NCBI GenBank assembly: GCA_051362555.1
Contig: CM120642.1
Location: 7,440,001 to 7,504,000, forward strand
Origin: Lingula anatina
Lineage: Eukaryota > Animalia > Brachiopoda
DNA: 64,000 nt
Direction: 5' to 3'
The translations under genes and the position numbers were made by a program. Under the pieces are notes generated by a model. The model did no database searches. It was not told the DNA's origin and worked only from the letters and a program-made list of their open reading frames with translations. Shown here piece after piece: positions 13,064 through 25,204 of this stretch. How positions within the stretch are numbered: position 1 is the first letter of the stretch; each line of letters begins with the position of its first letter.

Positions 13064-13741
13064 CTTATGTTTGAGAAAAGTATAGTAAGGGGGATCGAGT
13101 ACGGCCCTGGGTTGGGGTGGATATCTCCAGGCCCCCGTTTCACAAAAAATCTTAAATCCGTAGACGTCTTACTCGAGCTGGGTGGCCTAGCTAGGTCGAC
13201 TTAGCTGAAGTCGACTTGGAGTGTTTCACAAAGAATCTAACGTCTTAGCTTGGCGTGCTTACCGAAGTCGACGCGCACGAGAAACTCTTCAAGAAAAGGA
13301 GGTGTAAAATTGCAAAAGTTTCACAAGACATGACGTTTCATTTCCTCTTTCGGTCGAGAACGATCGTTTATCAACAATAAAAGTCAGCCAAAACACAAAC
13401 AAAGTTTGTTTTTGAACTTTATTGATAAGTTTAACTTCAATACAACTTCAAAGTAACAGTTAAACATTAGCTTGTCGTGGAACACTACAGAGGGACGTCT
13501 AGCGGTCAAAAACATAAACAAACACGCGATCGGCTGGGTAAAGTGGAATTTTATTTTTTATTTTAATATTCCATAAATGTCAGTGCTATTCAAGGATATT
13601 ATAACACAATATCTTGAAGGAGGTATGTTCTTTCCAAATTTTTGTTGTTTATGCTCTCATTTACCGAGTTTTAGTTGAGCTTGCCGACTTAAGTCTCCTC
13701 CCGAGTAGGCTTGACATCGTCGACTTAGCCTACAGCTAAGA

Positions 13742-16011
13742 AAACAAGGCAGCAAAGCTGTCAAATGTACAGACAAAAAGCAGGAAATAACAAAATAGGC
13801 TACTGTCAATTCTGATGTAAAAGTACATTATGTTAAACTGCAAATTCAACATCAAATTTTAATTATGCTCAACAGGTAATACCAATGTAAGTAAAATGTG
13901 TAACAAGCATAAGGCTTCAGGCCCATGGGAGTTCAAGTTCACACTTTGAAAATGTAAAACTTCCAGAAAAAGAAGTCAATTAGACTGCTTTTCCAACTCG
14001 AGCTGCATTTTAGTCCTGTGTTTCTTTTTTAAAAGTTTGACAATCATAAGTAATATGGTTTTCCCATGATGGTCATCATGGCAGCAATACCCAAAATTGT
14101 GTTTTCTTCTATTTTGATGCAATATTTCATAATGCTTAACAGCATAAAGACCATCAGTTTTTAATAATAAAATATACGTATCGTGGATTTTCAGAAAATG
14201 TGACTAGCATGGGTCTTCAAGCCCAAGGTGGTTCTAAGTCACACCTTAAAATTGCCAATATGTGAAACATTAAATTTTCACAAAAAACTGATTAACTGCC
14301 AGAAAAATTTACCAAATTGACTGCACTGCCTAATGAAACTGTATTTTAGTCCCATGTTTCTTTCCTGTAAGTTTGAGAACAGTAAGTGACATAGTTTTCC
14401 TTAAATGGTCATCAAGGGAGCAGTGTCCAAAATAGGGGTTTCTTCAAATTTTGATGCAATATTACATAATGTTTAACAGGATAAAAACCATCAATTTTTA
14501 ATAATAAAATATTAGTATCATGGATATTCAGAAAATGTGACTAGCAAAGGTCTTCAGGCCCATGGAACTTCAAAGTCACAACTTGAAAATGCCAAAATGT
14601 AAACAAGACAGCACTGTTCTGAAATGGGTTTATTTCCATTTTTAACACTTTTTTAACATAAAACAAAATAAACATATGACCAACTAAAAAAATTGATGAG
14701 ATGGGAAAAGTATCAATAGAACAGTGTTAAATGTCCAATTTCCTCCATTCTGAGATTCTGAACATAGTGGATGATTGAATCTGACAAACTGCAATGATAA
14801 GAGTTTATTTCCATTTTTGAAACTCTATTATACAATACATGATAACAAGCTTACCATCATTTTTACATAATCAACTAACAATGTTGTAAAGATGCAGGAA
14901 ATGTTAAACAAAGACTTTTACGTATCTTATTAGTTAAATAATGAGACTGTTAACATGCCTAAGAATTGAATCTGAGGAAATGTGAAACAAGACAGTACTG
15001 TTATGAAATGCGTTTATTTCCATTTTTAACACTTTTTTAACATAAAACAAAATTAACAGTTTACTGCCATTTTTATATGATCAACTAAGAAAGTTGATGA
15101 GATGTGAAAAATATCAATAGAACAGTGTCAAATGTCCAATTTCCTCCATTCTGAGTTTCTGAACATAATGAATGAATGAATGAATCTGACAAACTGCAAT
15201 GATAAGAGTTTATTTCCATTTTTGAAACTCTATTATACAATACATGATAACAAGCTTACCATCATTTTTACATAATCAACTAACAATGTTGTAAAGATGC
15301 AGGAAATGTTAAACAAACACTTTTACGTATCTTATTAATTAAATAATGAGACTGTTAACATGCCTAAGAATTGAATCTGAAGAAATGTGAAAAAACAGCA
15401 TAACTTATAAAATAATGGCTCGATTATGCTGATTTTCGAACTTGACCTGCGTTTTAGTAAGATTGATTACTCCTGTGAGTTTCATGACAACAGGCCTATC
15501 AGTTTTCTTTGAAATGTGTTAACAGTGTTGCATATATGCTGAAAAGTGAAAAAACAGCATAACTACTAAAATGGTGGCCCGATCATGCCGATTTTCGAAC
15601 TTGACCTGCGTTTTAGTAAGATTGATTACTCCTGTGAGTTTCATGACAACAGGCCTATCAGTTTTCTTTGAAATGTGTTAACAGTGTTGCATATATGCTG
15701 AAAAGTGAAAAAACAGCATAACTACTAAAATGGTGGCCCGATCATGCCCATTTTCGAACTTGACCTGCGTTTTAGTAAGATTGATTACTCCTGTGAGTTT
15801 CATGACAACAGGCCTATCGGTTTTCTTTGAAATGTGTTAACAGTGTTGCATATATGCTGAAAAGTGAAAAAACAGCATAACTACTAAAATGGTGGCCCGA
15901 TCATGCCCATTTTCGAACTTGACCTGCGTTTTATGAATATTCATCAGCTCTGTAAATATAAAGCCAAAAAGTAAAACTGTCTTCCACTTATGGTGTTAAC
16001 GCTGAAAGTGC

Positions 16012-16043
<32 letters not shown>

Positions 16044-16128
16044 ATCGACGGCGACATGAACGGCGACGGCGACGACAGACGCAGGTGATGGCAATATGTA
16101 CAGACACATCTGTGTCTGTACATAAAAA
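13742..16128. mobile_element. Helentron-associated non-autonomous element (HINE/DINE-1-like)
   Basis: Starts AACAAGGCAGCAAAGCTGTCAAATGTACAGACA; internal tandem repeats; (GACGGC)n at about 16010-16075; terminal hairpin ATGTACAGACAC-ATCT-GTGTCTGTACAT matching the 5' subTIR; inserted in an A run with no TSD. Confidence 0.78.
15385..15935. repeat. 159-bp tandem repeat (about 3.5 copies) inside the HINE
   Basis: AAACAGCATAACT motif recurs at 159-bp spacing (15555, 15714, 15873). Confidence 0.88.
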
Positions 16129-17078
16129 CGACGTAAGCGACCTTTTAGATTCTTTGTGAAACGGGACTTAGTGACGTAACGACTTAATTACGTTGGTAAC
16201 CAAGCCCTAAGTCAGGGAAACCGACTTAAGTTTTTTTGTGAAACGGGGGCCAGATAGTAGAAAAATCTCAAGCATGATGATAATTACTAGGAACAGAGTC
16301 ACTTTTGATATCAAGTCAGTTTGCATGATCCAGACGATAGCTTATGTATAACACAATAGAAATAGCCAATTGCGACCCTCCACTGACCTAAACTAATCCC
16401 CATTCATGTGAATGATCACCAAGTATCCCCGCCCCCAGCCAAGCCCTCCCCTCAGTCCTCTTAGTCTATATTTTGGAAAGCTATAGTTCATAGTCAGAGG
16501 AAAAAAAGGGGGAAAAGAAAGCGAATGTGCATAGTTTATAGCAACAGCCAAGCAGTCGAATGAGAGCTGGCTTGGTAGAGTGGATAAGAAACAAAATGAA
16601 TAAATATACAGAAGCACATGCAACGCTTCACTTACAACATTACACACAAAAGTCAGCATAATCAGTTTAATCCCGATTTTATACCATCGTCAGACAAGAA
16701 GATGTACCTGTACAGTTTATTTAAAATAAGTCTTTTGCATTTTATTTACAGTTTTTCTTTTTTATTTTTTCGTCAATGATGTCAAATATGTCGAATTTTA
16801 TTTTGTCATCAGTGTTTTTTGGTTTTCCATAGACGCTCCCATTAAAGTACCACGCTTGTTCTATTAGCTGACTCTCATTTAGTCCGATATAATTCCCTGG
16901 TCTGTGTAAAAGCTCAATGTTAAGTTTGGTTACATCGTCTGAAAGTTTCATATTCTTTCCCGATTTCCTGATGATACATGATACCATGTAATGTTGCATA
17001 ATGCATGATAGAAAAAAGTGTGTGGCAACAGATTAATTGTTGCATACAAGAAGGTGTAAACTTGCACTGTTTCTATCT

Positions 17079-17397
17079 CAGGCCTACCCAACTACCAGAC
17101 TCGGCACCGAATGATCCTGAATTCACCGGTAGATCAGACCACACTACCCGTTTTCAAGGTGTGTGTCAGACCGCATTACACAGTATCATAACCTGAACAA
17201 TTTTTTTTTGTGGTGATGCAATGCTTTTCAACCCCGCTGAGAATCGTCACTATCACATCGCGTACCAGGCAAGAGCGGTGTCGCGTCTGATACTGTGTAA
17301 TGCGATCTGAAACACACCTTGAAAACGGGTAGTGTGGTCTGATCTACCGGTGAATTAAGGATCATTCGGTGCCGAGTCTGGTAGTTGGGTAGGCCTG
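17079..17397. mobile_element. MITE with about 110-bp TIRs and 5-bp TSD (hAT5-like)
   Basis: CAGGCCTACCCAACTACCAGACTC... / ...GAGTCTGGTAGTTGGGTAGGCCTG; TSD TATCT (17074-17078, 17398-17402). Confidence 0.9.
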
Positions 17398-19763
17398 TAT
17401 CTTAGGCAGCCCTTAGGTGCCCTGAGTGTCAGAGCCACTGTGAATCGGGCTTCAACAGTGAGCTCTGAAGAACAGCGACAGTGTACGATTTCCGTCAACC
17501 AAAAAGAACTGCTCCGCAGTGAATCTGCAGTTGAATGTCATTAGAGCAAAATGAAACGTAAAACAGATTTAATTCTGCTTTATTTAATTTTTACTGTTTT
17601 TAAGATGTAAAGTGAAAAATAAATAGTTTCTAAAAGAAAAAGACATATCCAATGTTTTTTTTTTTTTTTTTTTTTGTATTTTTTGCTTATCAAAAAACAT
17701 TTGCTCCTGCAGATTATAAACACAATACACGTGCTTGCCGTGTGTCAAGTTTGACAGCTACACTGTATACCCGATACCACTATATATAAGGGTTGCGCAA
17801 TGGCTAGACCAAAATCAGTTTTTAAAGCAGAATGTTGCTTGTGTTGTGGTACTGACCTTCGACTGCAAGACATTCTTAGTTTAAACTTCAAACTCAGCCA
17901 CTTTAATTCTTGTTTCGTCTGCACGAGATAACGTCAGCGCAAGGCGGGAAAGGCAGCTCCAGGTGGCACAGAGCTGTGACGTACGAGACATGACTTCCAA
18001 ATATGGGAGCTCCAGGGGGACACAGCTGTGACGTACAAGACTTGTGACTTCCAAATATGGAAGCGCCCCAGGCAAAAATTTGAAGAAGAACGGTGACGGT
18101 GTTCGCTAGAGCCTGGTAGTGCTGATATGGGTTATATGTGAAATCAAGATCGAGCTGGCAATACCAGAATCTAGAACATACGGTACCCGTAGGAGCAATA
18201 ATAGAACTCGGATAGAACTTTATAAGGGCTGACCTATTCATGTATTAGTAGAAGTGGCTGAGGGGTATAAATGCCCCCTCAAAGGCTACTAGTGGAGAGT
18301 TGAGATTTGGTGATTTAATAAACCTGTAGATCCTGACCAAGCTCTGGTGTTGCGTCATATCTCTGATACTGAGCAGTTGATTCCTGATAATAACTTGAAC
18401 TAATGACCTCTCTTTAAAAACACATAAAGATACCAAGGATTAATTATATACCATCTATTGATAGCATGGGGAGAATTCTTTTATTTTCTCAAGAAGTCAA
18501 TTATTTAAATAAGAGTATCAACACACCATGTAAAGCATCTATTAAAAACAACTGTATCCCTTTGAAATGTAAACAAATATTCCCACCCGGTGAATTTGAA
18601 CCAAATGCCTTTTTCTCAGGTTACATGCCTATACGTCCCCGCAACGATACTCCCCCGCTCCGATACTCCCCCGCTTCTTTAAATCCCCGCACCAATACTC
18701 CCCTGCACCGATACTCCCCCGCTTCTTTACACCCCCGCACCGATACTCCCCCGCACCGATACTCCCCCACTTCTTTACATCCCCGCATCGATACTTCCCC
18801 GCACTGATACTCCCGCGTACCGATACTCCGCAAAAACACTACTCCCCCAAGGCACTGATTCCCTTGGCTTTGGAAACACAATTCGTGATTCTAAACCCTT
18901 TCTATAATGCATTTTTTTTCAAGATGCACCATCCTCTTGGGACCCAAAATTGACACATTTTATTCGAAATATATTGGGGAAAATAAAGAACGTTACACAA
19001 AGTCGATCTCAGGCTTTGTGTGCAGTTTGACAGTACGTAGGCATACAGCTCTTCCTTGTGATTTTTGAGAAATGTTTTTGCAAAATTAATATCGTTCTCC
19101 TACTGTAGTTACCGTATATATATATTATACGCCCTTTTATTTATTTATTTATTTACTTAAGGCAAAGTTAGTTTTTATCTAAGATAACGCAGCTATGTCT
19201 TTTCTTCGGGCAACGATGAATTCGTTAAATTATCAAGTAATTAAAAAGCAGTGCTAAAGCGCTTCGTTTTCTGTCTTCTTCCTCCAACCTTCTTTTCTGC
19301 TCTTTAAGCTTCTTTCCCTTGTCTTTTGGAGGCATATTAGAATCTGAATTGAGCAAAATTCAAAATTTTTGAAAATTGTTGCACAACGAAATTGTAGAGA
19401 CACGAGCATGCGTCGTGAGCACGTCTTTTATACTCGCAGTCGATCCCGCCGTGTTTTCCACTTAGTTCGTTATAGATGTGAGGGCGTGCGCCATACTCAA
19501 CACGCAAAGGGCACTTTCTTCTTCATTGCTTGCGACGTGCATCTTGGACCACGCAAGTCTCACGTGCAAACTCCTCGCAAACTCTTTGCGAAGGGAGCAA
19601 GTTACGCTTGCGGCCTCGCTGTTCAAAGATTAAATGTAGAATCTATTGGAAATGTTCAATATCCTCCGTGCGTGCTTACATACGCGCGAACTCGAAATTT
19701 TGCATAAAATACTTGCGTGGCATATGAGATTCTCCGCAAAATTTTGACTCAAACGGGTCATAA

Positions 19764-21425
19764 GTATGGAACGCCGTTTGTACAAAAAAAAAAAGATGAA
19801 AGTATCGTTTTGACAAGATTTTTTTTTTTTTACGAGGTGCTTACATCATTTTGAGATCGTCACTTTCATCATTTTGAGAGAAAAGTATTTTCTACAAAGT
19901 CGTTTTATCATTTTGCATGTCGAGTTTATCGTTTTGAGATACCGACATGCTTTGCACGAGATGACGCAAAACCAGGGGTCGTCTAATAACAAACGGTGGG
20001 AAAAGGAACTAACTCATCCAGGACTGGTTCCCGGTTCACCGTCTACAAAAAATTGTTAGTGCCTGGCCACAAGCTCTATAATTACCCCTTCGTCTCTGAA
20101 TTTGGCCTTCAGGTGTCCCAAACCAGCTTCCTCCAGGATTTGATCCATATCTGCCGCCTTGTGGCCAAGCAATAACAACTTTTTGTAGACGGTGAACAGG
20201 GAACCAATCCTGGAGGTCCGTGTATTTTATTTGATAATAATCCACACATTTGCATTTTGAGTTTGACTCTCTTTTCTCATGCAATATGAGCGTTGGGACG
20301 GACAACCTCAAATATTCATCTTGTTAATAAAAATAAGATGTACAAGGGCAAGAATTCTCTCTTGTTTCAGATATTAACTGCTGTTACTGTACAAACCAGC
20401 AACTGATCAAAACTGAACTGAACAAAAACAGGGGCGGATCCAGGATTATTTGAAAGGGGGAGTGTGAAGCCGACAACCCCCCTCATTGCCGTGGGGTTCA
20501 GGGCCCGCTGAAGGGCACCGAAAAATTTTGGTACTTTAGAGGGCGAACGGTACCATTTGGTATGGTTTAGAACTATGATTCAGCTGGTCAAAATCCTAAT
20601 TTTAAGAGGGGATCATTGGTGTGATTCTTTTCAGAAATCGAAGGGGGGAGGGGGGGGATCAGGACTCCCCTGACACCTCCCTAAATCCGCCACTGGGTCA
20701 GGTACCTTATCTAGTTTTTACCAACGTTTTAATTGCTTTTATGAAAAGCTAGTTGGAAACCTTCTTAATCATACAGCAATGACAAGCAACGGGCTTGAAA
20801 ATCAGAAAAACGAACAGACTTCCGTTTTTCTATTTGAATCGAACATTGAATAATGAACACTTTTCGATCCTGTCATTTCCTCAAAGACAGAGATAAAAGG
20901 GTATTTTATAATTTATTTTACCCTTTAAACATTAGAAAGTACGAAAACGGTCGATATTCATATTTTCTATCACATCGGGGATCTGTTGATGTTGTATTTT
21001 GCATTTTATGGTAAAAAATAGAAAACAAGGGCAATTCCCGTTTTTCCTTTCTTCATATTGATTTTTTTTTTTTTTCATTTTCTGACGAAATGGAAATCAC
21101 ATCGCCCCGCCATACACGGACCCCTGGATGGGTTAATTCCTTTTCCCACCGTTTGTTATGAGACGACCCCGTCATCTGGCGCAAAGCATGTCGGTATCTC
21201 AAAACGATAAACTCGACATGCAAAATGATAAAAAGACTTTGTAGAAAATACTTTTCTTTTAAAATGATGAAAGTGACGATCTCAAAATGATGTTAGCACC
21301 TCGCAAAAAAAAATTTTCTTGTCAAAATGATGAAAATGACGATCTCAAAATGATGAAAGCACCTCGCAAAAAATTTCTTGTCAAAATGATACTTTCATCA
21401 TTTTTGTACAAACGGCGTTCCATAC
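19764..21425. mobile_element. Long-TIR non-autonomous DNA transposon with 4-bp TSD (possibly Sola)
   Basis: TIR starts GTATGGAACGCCGTTTGTACAAAAA and extends about 250 bp; ATAA on both sides (19760-19763, 21426-21429). Confidence 0.8.
20429..20695. mobile_element. Short hAT-like MITE (CAGGGGCGGATCC...TCCGCCACTG); related partial copy at about 61515-61730
   Basis: Imperfect TIRs; shared internal sequence with the 61.5 kb copy; no TSD recognised. Confidence 0.6.
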
Positions 21426-23605
21426 ATAAGAGCCCGTGCGGCCGGTTGTGACCGAGACTTAAGTGTTGTCGTCCAAGATTTTTTTAGGAACTCTGCGGCT
21501 TCTTTCGTACAATATCGATGTTCAATTTTAAGCAATTAAGATTTGTATGCACCGCGCAATAGAATAAAAACAATCTCACCAAGGATTTCCCTACGGCCAT
21601 TTTTTCCCCACATATCTCACCAATATCCAAAGCGTTTTTCCATTTGAAAAAAGTATTTCTTATACAGTGTAGGCCGTGCCTCCGACTCGTTGACCAACTT
21701 ATCAAATCTATATGTGAAACAATATCAATGTGAGGTGACAGACTCCCCCATGATAGACAGTCCGGTTCCCATCAATTTGCATAGATAATTAAGCCCCGCC
21801 TAGATTTTGACCCACTTAAGTAGACTGAGCCTTAGGCCTACCTGTATAATTAAATGGAGGGTTGACTCTCTATTACCCAGACCCTCAGTTTCGTGAAAAT
21901 TGCATAGGGGTACGTAGTAATGATGCGGGGGAGTATCGGTGCAGGGGAGTAACGGTGCGGGGAAACAACAATGCGTATAACGGCAATTTTAGAGGGGATT
22001 TATCGATGCAGGGATCTATCGGTGTGGGGTCGTATCGATGTGCATAATGCAAAAATTTTCGAAGGGCAAGTATTGGTGCGGGAGAGTATCGGTGCGGGGG
22101 AGTAACGGTGCGGGGGGAGTATCGGCATGACCCCTTTTCTCGGATGAGTCTACCATTTTCATGCTCAATTTCACACCCAAAACCTATGCCTTGTCTGGGG
22201 TTTCTTTCTTCATTCCGAAATCAACCTCATACTGGCCAAATTTTTCATTCGTTTAACTCTTACTCGGAAAAACTAAGAGAAATTATGAAGGGTGTTTCCC
22301 TACCAATGATACTCACTCATACTGTATATGGCTGACCTACATTTTATCAAGTGGGCTGGAAGAAAGAGTCTTCCAACCATATTTTCCCTCTAAAAATGCA
22401 CCTACCTTGTCTGACAGGCCTAAAAACACTTCATCCACTTTCATCCTTATCATTTTTTATCGATAAAACCCCAATATCTGTGTTAAAAGCAGCATCCACG
22501 TAAGTAAAAATCCACCCCAAGACAGAGCTGTCACAAAGCTGCCGGTTAAACTGAAAGTAGGTCATCCAAATGCTATTTGTGTGTATACCAACTGCACCAG
22601 CCAATGCTACAGAGATATGAGGAGGGAGAGCTTATTTAAGGATTAATAATAATAACAGGTCCATTTGGTAATCACTTTTGCCACACTGCAAACAGGCGCA
22701 ACAATGATGCTGGTGAAAAAAAATCTGCTGACCTCTTCGTTAATTTAGGTGGGAAGCAACCAGCCTTGGCTAACTGCCAAGGGAGTAAAGCACTGATAGC
22801 CAACCATTGTTGGCCAGTGTCATTGTCACCATGGAGTGAGTCATGAATATGATGATATTCATGATAACATTAGTGCATAATTTATCATACCAAGGAGTTA
22901 TAACAGAAGGAGATTACACGCAAGCCTCTCTATTGTCCGATGTCTGTTACGGTGGGCGGAGCTAGCTACGGGGGGCCTCCTGTCTCAAGGTTTCGTCTGG
23001 GTCGCTCTCCTCCGCTTGGAGATTGATTTTATATGCGTTATTTCGCGAGATCAGTAGTGTCAAAGCGGCGCTGTATGCTGACGATTTCTTTCACCGGTAG
23101 TTATCTGGACGATGTGCTGGGAGGGAACGATATCATAGAAAGCGATTATAAGGTGGTGACTGAGGATGGTCGCCATGAGTTTTTTTTTTTTTTTTTTTTT
23201 TGAGTCGGTGATAGATGGTTTTTCTTTTGCACAACACAGTGAAAAATCACCAAGGATAAGTCAAAAGAAAACGTCCCAACTGTGGTTTGTGAAAATGACA
23301 TTCAAGTGAACGTTTGGACCCCCCTGCCCTTTGGTCCCATAAACATTGAGACAGTGCCTAAGCTTTGTGACTGGTTTTAAATTTCTTTAAGTATTTTTTT
23401 TCTCTCACTCGGTATAATTTTAATATCATAATGCATTAAAGTGAAATTTTAATCAAAGGTTGAGGCAATTCCACGACATGTCAGTTTAAATACTCGTTAT
23501 AAATTTCTTTATCTTGGAAATCTCCCTTTTTATTTTCAGTATTATTTTGACACATACTAACACTTCTTATTTGTCGGTAAACAAGTGCACAGTGCTAAAC
23601 ATTAA

Positions 23606-23865
23606 CAGGGCCGTAGCCTGAGCAAAATGCCAGGGGGGGCAGTAAGCGGATACGAGGGGGCGATGCCCCTGAGGGGGGGTGGGGTGGGAGGGGTTGCCAA
23701 AACTGTATGTATAATACTGCATTCTGGTGCATTTTAACTATTATTTATTGCTCAATCAGAAGTCAGAAATTGTGGGTTCATTTTGCATTTGCGATTATTT
23801 CTTTTGCACCTAAAATTCCAGGGGGGGCAGCTGCCCCCCCTGCCCCCCCGGAGGCTACGGCCCTG
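23606..23865. mobile_element. 260-bp MITE with 5-bp TSD (hAT5-like)
   Basis: TIR CAGGGCCGTAGCCT; TSD ATTAA (23601-23605, 23866-23870); empty site in the paralogous copy at about 44660-44690. Confidence 0.92.
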
Positions 23866-25204
23866 ATTAAGAATAATTTTTATTCATTCATAAATATATT
23901 TATGTACAAAATATATCAGAAATTTTAGTATTACCTGAGCTCTTTAAAGTGAAACAAATAAAGATGAGAATTTTGAATTTCAAACTATTATTTACTATAT
24001 TAACTTAAAATATCTTTTAAGTCAACTCTATACTCAAGCATCATGATAGTAGCATCTGTGAGTAAAACCATTTTATTATATCAATAGAAGAACAAAAACA
24101 AAATTTTAAACATAAGCAGTAATTAATGAAGTCATAAGAATGATTAAGTTGCTATAGTTTTCCAGTTTTATGCAGTCTGTGTTGGAATTTTTTTCAACCA
24201 TGCAATTAGAAATAATTATATTCTTTTTTATCTGACTTGCTGATACCAGTCTGTGCCAGATACTATTCCACTCACAGGCCAGCAAGGTCTGAGAATCTAA
24301 TGGGCTGAATAAAAAAAAAAAAACCCCTAGAAGATAAAAGTGGCTTATTCTTACAAATAGGATAAAAAACATGGGATTTTCAAAAGGTTATTATAAATCG
24401 AGACAACACTTAGTAAGAACATTTATAAAATGAACTGGAGTACATGTTACAGCTGAAAAAATTAACTGGGCCAGTAAGTGACTGCTTTAAAGAAATTTCA
24501 CTGAAACAGTCCAAATTTTACTGGCAATCAAGTAGACTGTTATACCATGGCACTCAACAAATTATATATAGGTTTTGAATTTTTTTCCACCTGACAGTAA
24601 CATAAAATTTATGTCAACTTTTGAAATGTATAGAGTCAGTTAGGTGACTGAAAATATTTTAGAATGTCATGAAGGAGCACTATTAATTTAATGCAATCTC
24701 TGTTGGCCACTCTTTTCCAGTTTCTTCTCCAAAAAGGACAACTCAAGTGAGAATTTCTTCAGGGCCTTTTCTTCTGCCTGCCAATGCCATGCCACTCAGA
24801 AAAGAGAGAAACCTGTAGGTTAGAAAAAAAAACAACATAATAATAGCATTATGAACTACTAGTATCCATGTAGACATTACGGAATTAAGCAGTGAAGTTT
24901 AATGTGTCTTGTTATGACTTGACTGAAATAATGTTCACCACATAAATGAACAATTTACAACTAAATTTATGTAGAATATCAAGATTCATGATCACAAGCT
25001 AATAACCCCAAGAAATTGAAAGAAATTGTACTTATTACAAGAAATTATTTAAATCCGGCCTGGTTCCTACTCTTCTGACAGGACAAAAAGGGGATTTCAT
25101 AGAGGCTGGTTGCTAAAAGGAAAATGCCCAAGGTTGTTGTATTTTGAAATAAATTACAAGGCAGCAAAGCTGTCAAATGTACAGACAAAAAACAGATAAT
25201 AAAG

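Larger units (their letters stand above)
13131..16250. mobile_element. PIF/Harbinger-type MITE (CAG TSD) carrying a HINE insert
   Basis: TIR GCCCCCGTTTCACAAAAAA; TSD CAG (13128-13130, 16251-16253); removal restores LLSGDIHPNPGP. Confidence 0.88.
7906..16975 (-). mobile_element. CR1/L2-type LINE (ORF1 C-terminus, 2A-like motif, APE, RT N-terminus) split by four insertions
   Basis: Pieces: 16742-16975 ORF1-like (LSDDVTKLN...AWYFNG); 16254-16290 joined to 13067-13130 (LLSGDIHPNPGP...SNIRSL); 11851-12327 APE (VFYRSP, DFNAH); 10699-11172 (EPT, CIDL, TDH); 7906-8534 RT (KANGPD, PVHKKG, NYRPISLLSVISKVLE). Frames rejoin at each TSD. Confidence 0.88.
18619..22133. mobile_element. Old MULE-like element with GATACTCCCCCGCAC subterminal repeats
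   Basis: C-rich arrays at 18630-18850 mirror G-rich arrays at 21920-22130; degenerate 9-bp TSD TTTTTCTCA / CTTTTCTCG. Confidence 0.6.

Noticed and set aside
17079-17397. Transib/ProtoRAG assignment from the 5-bp TSD
   Set aside because: Termini are CAG, not CAC, and there is no heptamer-spacer-nonamer layout.
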